From Candidatus Thorarchaeota archaeon (lineage in GTDB: Archaea; Asgardarchaeota; Thorarchaeia; Thorarchaeales; Thorarchaeaceae): a stretch of 64,000 nt of DNA. Positions 9,220 to 19,671 of this stretch are shown here, piece by piece; the first letter of the stretch is position 1, and every line of letters starts with the position of its first letter. The notes under the pieces were generated by a model. That model searched no databases. It was not told the DNA's origin and saw nothing but the letters and a program-made list of their open reading frames with translations. The position numbers and the translations under genes were made by a program. The DNA lies in contig JBHLQH010000004.1 in assembly GCA_048884965.1 (NCBI GenBank), positions 115,368 to 179,367 of the forward strand, in the 5' to 3' direction.

Positions 9220-12200
9220 TTACTTCTTTTTCCGTTGTGCTGGCTTGCCAGCTGCTCTACGATTCATGATGAATTTAGCTAGCAAAAATCCTAGAATTAC
9301 TGTCCCAGCTCCAATAAAGAAACCATAGGATGACATGATAGTACTGAAGCTCTCTGCTATTGCACCAATTAGATCGGGATTAGCTACTTCATACATTATT
9401 TCTATACGGAGCACATTACCTGCATAGTCTTCTGCTTCGAAGGCAATGGTGTGCTCACCATTCTCTACTTGGGTCGTATCCCATGAAACAGTATCGTTGA
9501 CACCATCTTCTGTTGTAACAAAACTGCCGTCTACATAGAAACGAACCTGTTCAATTCCACTTCCTGCATCATAACCTGAAATTGAGAATGTAACAAGTCC
9601 TTTTACAATTGCTCCTTCAGTAGGCCCATTGAGGCTTAGTGAAGGATTGTCAGTATCACCAACATTGTACTCCAGTGGCTCAGCATCTGAACCTATGTAA
9701 GTTGCTTGGTCATAGATATCGTATGCAACCACATAGTACAGTACTGTATTCCAATAGTCTTGTGCTGGAATAACTCCTGTATATACTGGACCATTATTAC
9801 CCATCTCAAGAGAGATCCAAGCTTGACTCAAGATCAATGATGGCGGCGCCGTGTATGGTTCGACGGCATAAAATAGTGTCACGTTCTTAATGTTAGATAC
9901 ATCTAGCACTGTGACAGAAACAGTGGTATCTTCTCCGTAGTCGGGTTGACTGGGATTTAGCATGAGCGAATAGACAAGAGGTGAATGAACATCATTTTGA
10001 ACATTCACTAATACAGAATCCTCACTCATGAGTCCTTCATTATCAAACGCCACTACTGAAATGGTATGTGTACCGTTAGAAACAGATCGTGAGTCCCACA
10101 TGAATGAATATGGTGAGGTTGTGTCATTATATACAGAGGTCGAATCGATCAGGTACTCAACTCTTTCAATGCCACTGCCAATGTCACTTGCTGAAGCATT
10201 GATAAATGTTGAATCTACAATCATGCTTGCGTCAGAAGGAGTATCTAATGTCACCGATGGATTGATGTCATCACCCACGATGAAATTGTAGTCATTTCCT
10301 CCATTATCGCTAACTGTAAGGTGCCCCGCATAGTCTGCTATTGTAGCAAAATAGTCTACTGATGTACCCCATGGAAGCGTAGGAATTGTTGCCGTCCAGT
10401 GTGAGAACTGATAAGAAGCTGGTACTGAAAGCCAACCAGACCCTGAGTTGTAGTATACCAAAACCTCTTCAACACCGGCTCTATTGTCGTCCGCGTTTAT
10501 GTTCACTGTGGTTGGTGAGTGATAGACGGGAGTGACTACTACTGGTATTCCTGTTGGTGATACAGAATCGGTAATGGTCACATCATCGAAAAGGATAGAG
10601 GTCTTCCCCGTTCCATCTGAATACACCCAAAGTTGAATCGATGTTACATTCCAAGAGTTGGCACCAAAACCAGCTTCGGCATCACTTGCGAGATATCTTA
10701 CTGTGTGAATCCATGTTGATGTGGTATTCACTTCTGGTACGATGTAATATACCTCATTCGATTGATTTGTAAGTGACAGCCCAGAGTCGAGTGCAAGATA
10801 GTAATATGCATAGTAATACCCTTCGAAAGTAACTTCCACGTATGCAAACCCATTGATTGAAGATGTGAATTCATCCAAGCGCCACCAAAAGTCAATACAT
10901 CCCCCTGAATCCAATTGGTATCTGAGATCTCGAGTTAGTCTGGCTGATTCACCAGCAGCTGGTGTTATGTTCGCTGCCCAATTACCACTATGTGAATCAT
11001 GAGTGTGATTGAAATTCGACTGAGTGCCAAAATTGTTCCACCCTGGAATTTCATATGTTGTGGATCTTCCATCTGCTTCCATTTCAAAGCCAGGATCACC
11101 AGTTGGATAGCAAATTACGCGTAAAGAATCAATCAAGATTTCAGCTGTGGCATTTGAATATCCTTGAGTATATGTATACAACTCATAACTATAGACTCCA
11201 ATATCCGTAAAACCAATTTCGTTCACAAAATCATAGAGATCTATGTGGAAGTGATTCCATTCTCCTCTGGAACCAAACCCTGGTGCTTCTAGGTAGTAAT
11301 ATGAATAGGTCGGTTGAGAATAATTCCCTCCTATACTGGCGTTCATATTGTTGCCAAAATAATAGCTCACCGATGACCAATATGTATCATTGCTGAAATA
11401 GATGCTCAAATAACTTGATTGACTAAGTCCATTGAAAGTGTCCTGATACTTCCAATCAAAATCAAAAAGCAAGATATCAGGAGCGTATGGAGTTATTCCA
11501 AGTGGATTGCCTAGATCTTGATGAATCCAAGCACTGCTATAGGATCCATCTACCGTACTAGAAGCAGTAAGGTTGAGTGCTTTCGCACCGTGGATACTGT
11601 CACTTGATAAAGAAACATAGCTCTCATCGGTTTGACCACTCGACCCCCAATATCCTCCATCCCCAGTTTCAAAGTTGCCATTTCTCGATTGTAGATAATC
11701 ATACGCGGTGGCATTAGTTACAGAGACATCATCGATAATAGCTTCTGAAATTCCACCTGAATTCGTTTGAGAATAAACTTGGAACTGTAATTGAGTGATA
11801 TAGAGATTGCCTGATGCTGACCATCCAGGTCTAGCATTGAAATCATCAAACAGATTCTGATTGAAGTGATTCCACTGTAGCATGGATTCATTTAGTAGAT
11901 ATCTAGTGGTAATGGACGAATTTGAGCCAAAGCTATTACCAGCGGCTAGATAATAGACGATATAGTAGTATGATCCATTATAAAACTCGACCGAGAAGAA
12001 ACAAGAACTACCTACTGAAATATCAGGAATAGCAACGGTATACCACCAGAATTCGAGCTCAAGGCTTTCATCTATATTTGCTGATAGCCCACCAGGGTAT
12101 TGAAGTAGGTTTGCGTAGCTGTCAGAAAACTCGGACCCTTGTGCTTGAATCCTACCCGAATAAGAACCGTTTGCTACAAAATCTTGGTATGTATCATTTG

Positions 12201-12465
12201 ATCTAGACCAAGTAGTGTGGTAATAATCCCAGCCTTGAGGTCCGCCAAAATCGTCGGATTCCTCAAAATCCCAATTCCGTTTGAGTACATTGAGACTGTC
12301 GTCAGCAACATTCGCAGCGGAAGTTACTATTCCTGACCCTTCATGCTCAATTGGATTATAAATCACATTCTGATCTGCAACCATCACTATTTCTGGTGAA
12401 ATTAAAAGAGGACCAAGAAATAGAAAGACGATTAGTACAGTTACGTACGTCTTTGACATATGCAT
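9220..12465 (-). CDS. Large secreted, membrane-anchored surface protein with three carbohydrate-binding-like modules and Ig-like (Big) domains
   Basis: N-terminal signal, three NxDFE/NGNFE/DPGFE-started modules, VEYLID/WDSRSV and VRFYVDG/WDTT Ig-like repeats, C-terminal TM with basic tail. Confidence 0.8.
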   Translation of the reverse strand: MHMSKTYVTVLIVFLFLGPLLISPEIVMVADQNVIYNPIEHEGSGIVTSAANVADDSLNVLKRNWDFEESDDFGGPQGWDYYHTTWSRSNDTYQDFVANGSYSGRIQAQGSEFSDSYANLLQYPGGLSANIDESLELEFWWYTVAIPDISVGSSCFFSVEFYNGSYYYIVYYLAAGNSFGSNSSITTRYLLNESMLQWNHFNQNLFDDFNARPGWSASGNLYITQLQFQVYSQTNSGGISEAIIDDVSVTNATAYDYLQSRNGNFETGDGGYWGSSGQTDESYVSLSSDSIHGAKALNLTASSTVDGSYSSAWIHQDLGNPLGITPYAPDILLFDFDWKYQDTFNGLSQSSYLSIYFSNDTYWSSVSYYFGNNMNASIGGNYSQPTYSYYYLEAPGFGSRGEWNHFHIDLYDFVNEIGFTDIGVYSYELYTYTQGYSNATAEILIDSLRVICYPTGDPGFEMEADGRSTTYEIPGWNNFGTQSNFNHTHDSHSGNWAANITPAAGESARLTRDLRYQLDSGGCIDFWWRLDEFTSSINGFAYVEVTFEGYYYAYYYLALDSGLSLTNQSNEVYYIVPEVNTTSTWIHTVRYLASDAEAGFGANSWNVTSIQLWVYSDGTGKTSILFDDVTITDSVSPTGIPVVVTPVYHSPTTVNINADDNRAGVEEVLVYYNSGSGWLSVPASYQFSHWTATIPTLPWGTSVDYFATIADYAGHLTVSDNGGNDYNFIVGDDINPSVTLDTPSDASMIVDSTFINASASDIGSGIERVEYLIDSTSVYNDTTSPYSFMWDSRSVSNGTHTISVVAFDNEGLMSEDSVLVNVQNDVHSPLVYSLMLNPSQPDYGEDTTVSVTVLDVSNIKNVTLFYAVEPYTAPPSLILSQAWISLEMGNNGPVYTGVIPAQDYWNTVLYYVVAYDIYDQATYIGSDAEPLEYNVGDTDNPSLSLNGPTEGAIVKGLVTFSISGYDAGSGIEQVRFYVDGSFVTTEDGVNDTVSWDTTQVENGEHTIAFEAEDYAGNVLRIEIMYEVANPDLIGAIAESFSTIMSSYGFFIGAGTVILGFLLAKFIMNRRAAGKPAQRKKK

Positions 12466-12625
12466 TCTCTCCTAAATCTCAAAGCGAATTTTGAAACTAT
12501 AAAATGGTGCTTAGGTTTGGAATAAACCAGTATAACTGTTTTGCATATCTTAGATTATGTAACCTTATCATTATATTCATAAGTTTTCAAAATAAACGAT
12601 TGTTAAAATAGGGAGAGCCAATCAG

Positions 12626-13552
12626 ATGATTCAGGAATTGGAAAATCAGATAGTTGATGTAGTAAAGGAAGTCGTCCCTAGTGTCGTTAGTGTCACGACA
12701 ACGAAGTTGCAGAGAGTCCAATTTTCTCAAGTGGTACCAGTTAAAGGTCAAGGGTCTGGAGTCATTGTCAGTAAAGACGGTTTCATTATTACAAACGCTC
12801 ATGTCATTGAAGGCGTTCAGGATGTTGATGTTGCGCTACATGATGGTCGTACTTACAAAGCAGTGGTAGTCGGCGAGTCAAGAGTTAGGGATATGGCAGT
12901 GCTCAAGATTGATGCCGATAATCTGAATCCATTAGAGATAGGAAAGTCAAGTGATCTGAGTGTAGGGCAATTCGCCATAGCTGTCGGGAATCCCCTAGGT
13001 CTTGGATCGACAGTTACATTTGGCATGGTCAGCGCACTTGAACGAAATATTGGGGGAAGAGGAGTGCATTTAGAGGGGCTGATTCAGACATCAGCACAAA
13101 TCAACCCTGGAAATTCAGGAGGCGCATTAGTGGACCTGCGAGGGCGATTGATCGGAATTCCGACGGCAATGGTTCCATGGTCCCAAGGAATTGGTTTCGC
13201 AATAGCAATTGACCAAGTAATGGAGATCTACGAAGAACTAATCCAGACAGGAACTGTGAAGACACCTTGGATGGGAATTATGGGAGTCACACTGAATAGA
13301 GCAATTGCAGCAAATTACGGGATTTCAATTGAGAGAGGAGCACTTCTGGTTGAGATACCTCGAGGACCAGCTTCTAAGGCGGGATTGAAACCTGGCGATG
13401 TCATTGTTGCCGTAGATGACCAAGAAATTGATGGAATGGAACAGATAAGAAGCGTCATTCTCTCAAAGAAGGTCGGAGACAAGATTCGTGTAACATTCAA
13501 ACGTAGAATGGATACATTCGAAGTCTATACAGAGCTGATAGCTGCACCATGA
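12626..13552 (+). CDS. htrA: HtrA/DegP-family serine protease with PDZ domain (no signal peptide)
   Basis: GSGV, TNAHV, INPGNSGG motifs and a C-terminal PDZ domain. Confidence 0.92.
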   Translation: MIQELENQIVDVVKEVVPSVVSVTTTKLQRVQFSQVVPVKGQGSGVIVSKDGFIITNAHVIEGVQDVDVALHDGRTYKAVVVGESRVRDMAVLKIDADNLNPLEIGKSSDLSVGQFAIAVGNPLGLGSTVTFGMVSALERNIGGRGVHLEGLIQTSAQINPGNSGGALVDLRGRLIGIPTAMVPWSQGIGFAIAIDQVMEIYEELIQTGTVKTPWMGIMGVTLNRAIAANYGISIERGALLVEIPRGPASKAGLKPGDVIVAVDDQEIDGMEQIRSVILSKKVGDKIRVTFKRRMDTFEVYTELIAAP

Positions 13553-14467
13553 TCAAATACCTATCACGACGAGAATTGCACCAATGATGGTAGCCAACAC
13601 TCCAAATGCCGCCAGTCTGGTGAGTCTTTCCTTAAGATAGAATACTGAAATAGGAACTGCCCATAATGGAGCAGTTGATGCGAGAACAGAAGCAATCGCG
13701 GCACCTGCATACTTTACCCCTGTAACGTAGAAGATTGAACCAATGGCCATGCCAAAGAGACCTGCAATTGCTACAAGCTTAGTTGCTTTCCGAGTTGGTA
13801 TAGGCATGCCTTTGACTCTGGCGACTAAGACCATAGGAACAAAGGCTATTGATCCAACCACCATCCGGATGAAGTTTGCTGAAAGAGCGTCTACTCCTTC
13901 AACCCCAATCTGGAGAATGGTAGTTCCTGTAGCATAGAGGACTGCAGTTAGAATGGCAAGAGATATTCCGATCCAATCGATTCTTCGAATCTCTGCTGAT
14001 TCCCATTTGTCATTTGCATCACTTTCTTGTTCCAGTGCAAGAATGATTATTCCTGCCACTGCGATGAATACACCTATCAATCTGCTAAGAAGAAGAGGCT
14101 CTCCAAGAAAAATCACAGTCAAGAAATAGGTCAATATTGGAAATGACATGGCAATAGGGAATGCATATGATACTCCGATTCGCTCTTGGCTTATCAAATA
14201 GAATGTATCTCCAATCACTGCTCCTAAGATAACCGATCCAGAGAGATACAGGACTTGATCAAACCCGACAGCAAGGGGATTGATGCCCAGCGGGATCAGC
14301 GCCAGTAGAAGCATGAAACCGAGAGCAACCCACATTTTGATGGAGGCAATAGCCAAGGGACGAATCTCTTTGCTCTGTGACCTGTAGGCAACAACAGAGA
14401 ATGCGTACAGTGCTGCTCCAAAAAGGATTGAAACACTTCCGAATATGATGTCAGGTGTGAGCTGCAT
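13553..14467 (-). CDS. EamA/DMT-family transporter
   Basis: Two 5-TM repeats with FLGEPL and YLKERL motifs. Start moved to MQLTPD. Confidence 0.85.
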   Translation of the reverse strand: MQLTPDIIFGSVSILFGAALYAFSVVAYRSQSKEIRPLAIASIKMWVALGFMLLLALIPLGINPLAVGFDQVLYLSGSVILGAVIGDTFYLISQERIGVSYAFPIAMSFPILTYFLTVIFLGEPLLLSRLIGVFIAVAGIIILALEQESDANDKWESAEIRRIDWIGISLAILTAVLYATGTTILQIGVEGVDALSANFIRMVVGSIAFVPMVLVARVKGMPIPTRKATKLVAIAGLFGMAIGSIFYVTGVKYAGAAIASVLASTAPLWAVPISVFYLKERLTRLAAFGVLATIIGAILVVIGI

Positions 14468-14732
14468 AAACGAGGTTGTTTGTAGCCTCATTAAGACCTT
14501 ATCGTAAGAGGCTATTATCATGTATAACGATGTCAATTGCCTGAAAAACAATTGGCATAGTAACAAATTCTTATATTCAAGAGATAGAACCCAGCTGATG
14601 ATTGAGTTCGTTCCTGGAAGTGTACCTCTCAACTCAATAATTCCGAGCGAGTGAAACTTATCGAAGTTCAATTCCAGACTAGTCCTCAATATTATATAGT
14701 AAACCAACTACAACCATAGGAGGTAAGACCAG

Positions 14733-15725
14733 ATGTCAAGAAATGCTGTCGAGGTTGAAGACCTATCAAAGACCTTCGTTAGTGTACATAGGAGAGCTAT
14801 CGTTATTCCTGTGAACAAAGAGAAAGTAGAGGCTCTCAAGAATGTGACTCTTGACATTCCTAAAGGACAGGTCTATGGACTTCTTGGACCAAATGGAGCT
14901 GGCAAGACAACGCTAATCAAATGCCTTGCAACTCTTGTCCTTCCAAGCTCTGGAACAGCTCGTGTGAATGGATATGATGTACTAAAGGAGTCAACCTACG
15001 CACGCGCCTCAATGGGCGTATGTCAGGGTAATGAACGGTCAATCTACTGGAAGCTCTCAGCGCGAGAGAATATGATATTCTTCGCAAAGCTCTATAGAAT
15101 GACCCATAACGAAGCGAAGGAGCGAGCAGATGAGCTACTTGGAAGAATGGGACTTCTTGAAAAAGCAGATGAGAAGACAGAAAATCTGAGCCATGGCATG
15201 AGGATGAAAATAGTCTTTGCACGAGCTCTTATTCATGAACCTCCTGTGCTGTTGCTCGATGAGCCTACGCAAGGTCTAGACCCAACATTCGCGACTGATC
15301 TGCGAACGTTCATGCGAAATGAGCTCAAGGACAAGACCATCCTTTTGACAACGCACTATATGTACGAGGCTGACATGCTGTCTGACAAGATCGCCCTCAT
15401 CAATGAAGGTGAGATTAAGATGTTCGGAACACCTCACGAACTCAAGGAGGGTGTTCGAGACTATGATAGCATTCACATTAGAGTGCTGGGAAATGTTGAG
15501 CTTGAGCCCATTCGTGCACTAGATAATGTGCTATCAGCAGCCATGACAGAGCACAATGGACACTCAGAGTTGGTTGTTACAGCGAGTGATGGCTATGATA
15601 TGGCACATCATCTCCTGAATAGACTTCATCAAACTGCAGGAGTGAAGGTTGAGCATTTTGAGGTAAAGGAACCGACTCTTGATGATGTCTTCCTCAAACT
15701 AACTGGACGGAGGATCGAGGACTAG
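14733..15725 (+). CDS. ABC-2 type exporter ATP-binding subunit (DrrA-like)
   Basis: GPNGAGKT, LSHGM, LLLDEPT, TTHYM and C-terminal EPTLDDVF. Confidence 0.93.
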   Translation: MSRNAVEVEDLSKTFVSVHRRAIVIPVNKEKVEALKNVTLDIPKGQVYGLLGPNGAGKTTLIKCLATLVLPSSGTARVNGYDVLKESTYARASMGVCQGNERSIYWKLSARENMIFFAKLYRMTHNEAKERADELLGRMGLLEKADEKTENLSHGMRMKIVFARALIHEPPVLLLDEPTQGLDPTFATDLRTFMRNELKDKTILLTTHYMYEADMLSDKIALINEGEIKMFGTPHELKEGVRDYDSIHIRVLGNVELEPIRALDNVLSAAMTEHNGHSELVVTASDGYDMAHHLLNRLHQTAGVKVEHFEVKEPTLDDVFLKLTGRRIED

Positions 15726-16624
15726 TGCAGACCAGTGAAGGAACCACGACTGATGAGAGAGTAGTAGAGTCAGAGTATCTGAGGACCTTCAGCCCAAGAA
15801 TCATGGACTGGCAAGCCGCATTTGTATTCGCGAAGAAGAACCTTCGAATTGCACTCAGATATCCTGCAAATGTCCTAATTTGGGGATTCCTACCTATTCT
15901 ATGGTTCACACCTTTTATCCTAATGTTCAATGCACTAGCTGGAGCAGGTTCAAGCACGAGCTTTACCGAGTTAGCTGGCTTCAGTGACTTCATTCAATTC
16001 AGTATAATCGGATGGTTCGTGTACATGTGGTTGGATGCTAGTATCTGGTCGATAGGTAACAACTTCAGATGGGAGCAGTTCAGTGGGACACTGGAACCAC
16101 TTTTCCTAACACCTGTATCGCGTATCAGCATTCTCATAGGAGCAGCGCTTTCTGATACTGTGTTCATCTCGTTGCAAACTATCATCTTGCTCACACTTGC
16201 GACATTGATCTTCGGAGTCTCATATAGTATTGTAGCAATCATTCCAACGATTCTGATTCTTCTGATGATGGTCATCGCACTCTATGGATTCAGCTTCATG
16301 ATTGCTGGACTAATTATGGTATTCAAGGACCCCAGTGTACTTACGCAACTTATCTCGCAATCGACTTATACTATCTCTCCAGTGAACTATCCGCTCCAGG
16401 CACTACCATCACAAGTTAGATTCGTTGCATACATCATCCCGACGACCATTGGCATCGTCACGGTAAGGCAGATCGCAATCACAGGTCTGTTCGATATATT
16501 CAGCTTCTTGATCTCAATTGGCTCTCTTGGAATCTTGGCAGTAGTTCTTTGGACCTTCGGCATCCTATCATTCCGATATGCAGAACGATGGACAAAGGAA
16601 AGAGGAAGTATGGGAGGCTTCTAG
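15725..16624 (+). CDS. ABC-2 type permease
   Basis: 6 TM, EQFSGTLEPLFLTP motif, coupled to the ATPase gene. Confidence 0.88.
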   Translation: MQTSEGTTTDERVVESEYLRTFSPRIMDWQAAFVFAKKNLRIALRYPANVLIWGFLPILWFTPFILMFNALAGAGSSTSFTELAGFSDFIQFSIIGWFVYMWLDASIWSIGNNFRWEQFSGTLEPLFLTPVSRISILIGAALSDTVFISLQTIILLTLATLIFGVSYSIVAIIPTILILLMMVIALYGFSFMIAGLIMVFKDPSVLTQLISQSTYTISPVNYPLQALPSQVRFVAYIIPTTIGIVTVRQIAITGLFDIFSFLISIGSLGILAVVLWTFGILSFRYAERWTKERGSMGGF

Positions 16625-16625
16625 G

Positions 16626-17498
16626 ATGACTGAAACAGAATCATTCTTCGATAAGACATGGATGCGAAAAGGTCTCAGATCAGAGCTAAGAGCTGCAAAT
16701 GCTCTTGCTGTTAAACAATGGAAGGAAGAGCTAAGCTATCCATTGAGCGTGTTATGGTTCATCGTGATGCCTTTCCTTTGGTTCATCCCCTATTTGATAG
16801 CTGGCACGGCAATAAGCGGCGGACCTGAGTCAGCAGCTCTTGCCGAACTAGTAGGTACAGGAGACTGGTTGACCTTCATCGCCTTAGGCAGTGCATATAC
16901 TGGCCTTGCTATCAGCTTGATGTGGGGTTCTGGCTTTGCATTGCGTAGGGAGCAGAATGCTGGAACTCTCGAGACCCTAATGACAACGCCAATGCGCCGC
17001 GAAACTCTAGTCTGGGGAGCAATGCTCCATAATCTACAGCATGGAGGGCTTGGAGTTGTATTGCAACTTGGAGCTTCAATCCTTCTCTTCGGTGTTTCGT
17101 TGAATATTTGGGGAGTGCTTCCTGCACTGGCAGTGATTGGACTATCTATCATTGCAATGCAAGGATTAGTCTTCACAGTGGTGTGTATCGTTCTTGTTGC
17201 AAAGCAAGGTTGGATGATCATCGAGTTGATGTCAAGTACATTATTACTTGTTGCACCGATGACCTATCCAATTGCAGTCCTACCACCACTGCTCCAATAT
17301 GTATCGCTAGCATCACCATTGACCTGGACAGTGGAGGGATTTCGAGGATTTCTAATGCAGGGTCTGGGGTATAGCGGAGTAGTGACTGCCATCACTGCTC
17401 TAATCATTCTCGATGTTGTGTTCCTCGTGCTGGGGATGTTGCTTTTCCGTGTTACTGAGAAGCAGGTCAGGTCTCGTGGAGCTCTGTCACAATTCTAA
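16626..17498 (+). CDS. ABC-2 type permease (second)
   Basis: EQNAGTLETLMTTP motif, 6 TM. Confidence 0.88.
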   Translation: MTETESFFDKTWMRKGLRSELRAANALAVKQWKEELSYPLSVLWFIVMPFLWFIPYLIAGTAISGGPESAALAELVGTGDWLTFIALGSAYTGLAISLMWGSGFALRREQNAGTLETLMTTPMRRETLVWGAMLHNLQHGGLGVVLQLGASILLFGVSLNIWGVLPALAVIGLSIIAMQGLVFTVVCIVLVAKQGWMIIELMSSTLLLVAPMTYPIAVLPPLLQYVSLASPLTWTVEGFRGFLMQGLGYSGVVTAITALIILDVVFLVLGMLLFRVTEKQVRSRGALSQF

Positions 17499-17499
17499 A

Positions 17500-17525
17500 G
17501 AGGAGGGGAAAAGGTCCCCCTCCTA
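17500..17525. terminator. Hairpin between convergent genes
   Basis: GGAGGGGA-AAAGG-TCCCCTCC inverted repeat. Confidence 0.55.
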
Positions 17526-17530
17526 CTGCC

Positions 17531-19420
17531 TCATTCCGTTTTTCGTTTCACATGCCTAAAGAGATAGATGAATACACCGACTCCGCCCACTGCAACTATA
17601 GGAACAGCCAGAACAACTCCAAGGAGCATGTCTGCGGCTGGTGCAGCATCAGTATACACTGGTGGATATGGTGTAGCAGTGGCGTAGGTTGCGGGAGCAT
17701 CAAAGTATGTGGCAAGTTCGCCAGTTTGCTCTTCAGCCTCTGATAGAACTTCGGTGACTAAGATCATACCAGTATAACCCTCAACCACAAGCCCATATTG
17801 TACTCCCAAAGCTGATATTTGCTCTCGCAACTCATTCGTATTGCCCTCAAGTCGGACCTGTAGTAGCAACCATGATATGCGCTGCTGCGCCCAAATCCTC
17901 TCAACATGACTATTCTCGCTTCCAGCCAGTCCAGCAGAGTTGGAGTAGGTTTCACTTCCTGAAAGGTAATCCACCGTTGTTGAGATTGAGATGCTAGATA
18001 GGTATCGACCAGAAATTACAACCTCACTCCCATTGAAGAAAGGTGCACCCCCAGTAGGTTGCATACTTGAGTAATCCAGTGCACCATCGACATAGATGGT
18101 ATAGCCACTGGCAACAGGCTTGGACCATATCTTGTAAAAATCAAGTAATTTTGTCACAGCATCATCATCAGGATGAATTAGCTCAAAGAAACCACTATTC
18201 TGTGATGCCACATTTGCCATAAGTGTTTCATCAGCATCAGTACCAAAGGAAATGGTAGAGATTGAAACTCCCTTAGAATTTGTCTCCTGAATTGCTGAAA
18301 GAATCGCATCACTACTTGTGGATTCTCCGCATGTTGGCAATCCATCAGAAAGGATGAGCATCGCTTTCGTGTATGAACCATCAGTAAAGGTTTCCAGACC
18401 AGTTACACCAGCGCCATAGAAATTCGTTGAGCCATCTGCGGATAGACCGTTCACCCAGTTCTTTGCGAACCACTTATTCAGATCCGATGCTGCATATGGT
18501 TCAAGCCAGAGAGTTGAGACCTCAGTGGAGAATGCTACCACATTGAAGATATCATTCTCATTCATATCGTCAATCATTGAGCAAAATGCTTCCTTTGCTT
18601 GGGAAATCTTTGTTCCTGACATAGAGCCAGACCTATCAAGCACAAAGACATATTCTCGAGGACATACTTCGCTCGAAGTAGAAATTTGAGGTGCAAGCAG
18701 ATAAGCAAAGAAATTCTGTGTTCCATTATAGTAGGTCAATAACTGACTTCCACCTTCCTGACGAGATAGCGCATATGTAAGAGAAAGAGATAGTGGTATT
18801 GAAACACTGGTGCCTGAATATTGGATACGAATACCTGCTGAGATGTCAGTGATAATGACTGACTCCAATCCAGCAACTGCATAGCCAGAGATACCCCCAT
18901 ACTGCGACGTTACTGTAACGTCTACATCGAAATCAGCAAGCATTCCTTCGGATGGTGCGAGAGGGATGTCAATGTGATAGAGACCTGTTCTTCTAGTCAA
19001 CAGACCCTCAATAAAAACTTGCAAGGAGGCGAATGTTCCATTTGCCACATTGAATCTCAATGAGTAGCCTCCATAGCTACGTGTAACAAGGACAGCGGTA
19101 TGCCCAGCTTCAACCTCCTCCTCGTAGGTTTCAATTGCTTCCTGCTCGACAATTACACGTCCCCAATATATCGAACCATTGAGGAGTATGGAGATATTGC
19201 TTAGACGTAGTCCTTCTTGAAGGCCAAAGAACCAGTTGACCTCCTTACTTTCACTCGATCCAGTATTGTCAAAAGTAAATTCATAGGTCATGTTGGCATA
19301 GTTATCAGCAATTGAACCCCGAACTGCTATACTTGAAGGCCCAAGGAAAGTTGTTTGCCCAGCAACTGGCAGTGATATGAAATTGCTGCACATCAATACA
19401 AATACAATCGCGAATCCCAT
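17531..19420 (-). CDS. VIT plus von Willebrand factor A domain protein, membrane anchored
   Basis: MIDAS motif FVLDRSGSM...LSDG, N-terminal VIT-like region, IWAQQRI motif, C-terminal TM. Confidence 0.88.
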   Translation of the reverse strand: MGFAIVFVLMCSNFISLPVAGQTTFLGPSSIAVRGSIADNYANMTYEFTFDNTGSSESKEVNWFFGLQEGLRLSNISILLNGSIYWGRVIVEQEAIETYEEEVEAGHTAVLVTRSYGGYSLRFNVANGTFASLQVFIEGLLTRRTGLYHIDIPLAPSEGMLADFDVDVTVTSQYGGISGYAVAGLESVIITDISAGIRIQYSGTSVSIPLSLSLTYALSRQEGGSQLLTYYNGTQNFFAYLLAPQISTSSEVCPREYVFVLDRSGSMSGTKISQAKEAFCSMIDDMNENDIFNVVAFSTEVSTLWLEPYAASDLNKWFAKNWVNGLSADGSTNFYGAGVTGLETFTDGSYTKAMLILSDGLPTCGESTSSDAILSAIQETNSKGVSISTISFGTDADETLMANVASQNSGFFELIHPDDDAVTKLLDFYKIWSKPVASGYTIYVDGALDYSSMQPTGGAPFFNGSEVVISGRYLSSISISTTVDYLSGSETYSNSAGLAGSENSHVERIWAQQRISWLLLQVRLEGNTNELREQISALGVQYGLVVEGYTGMILVTEVLSEAEEQTGELATYFDAPATYATATPYPPVYTDAAPAADMLLGVVLAVPIVAVGGVGVFIYLFRHVKRKTE

Positions 19421-19585
19421 TACACGATAGAACGACTTCAGCTAAATCAACCCCCAAATATAGATAGCACACTGAATCATATTTCATCTGGTGCATTTTG
19501 CAACACATTGACTGCGTTGAAAATTCACGCATGATCCTGTGACTGTCGTATTTTCTATTGATTAATTTGATATTGATTCTAATCA

Positions 19586-19633
19586 TGGAACATTTGGTTC
19601 AAGTTTTGGAACCACTTGTTCAAGAGTTGGAAC
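19586..19633. promoter_or_regulatory. Tandem 21-bp operator-like repeats (GAAC-N5-GTTC)
   Basis: TGGAAC at 19586, 19607 and 19628, and GTTCAAG at 19597 and 19618, between divergent genes. Confidence 0.55.
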
Positions 19634-19671
19634 ATGCAAATCCAGTTACGTCAGTGTGAATACTTATCAAG

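Noticed and set aside
14468-14707. N-terminal extension of the EamA ORF
   Set aside because: It spans the divergent promoter region and is not transporter-like. The ATG at 14467 is more plausible.
19586-19633. CRISPR mini-array or LexA box
   Set aside because: Only 2.5 short units with no unique spacers and no cas genes. The spacer is N5, not the N4 of the LexA box.
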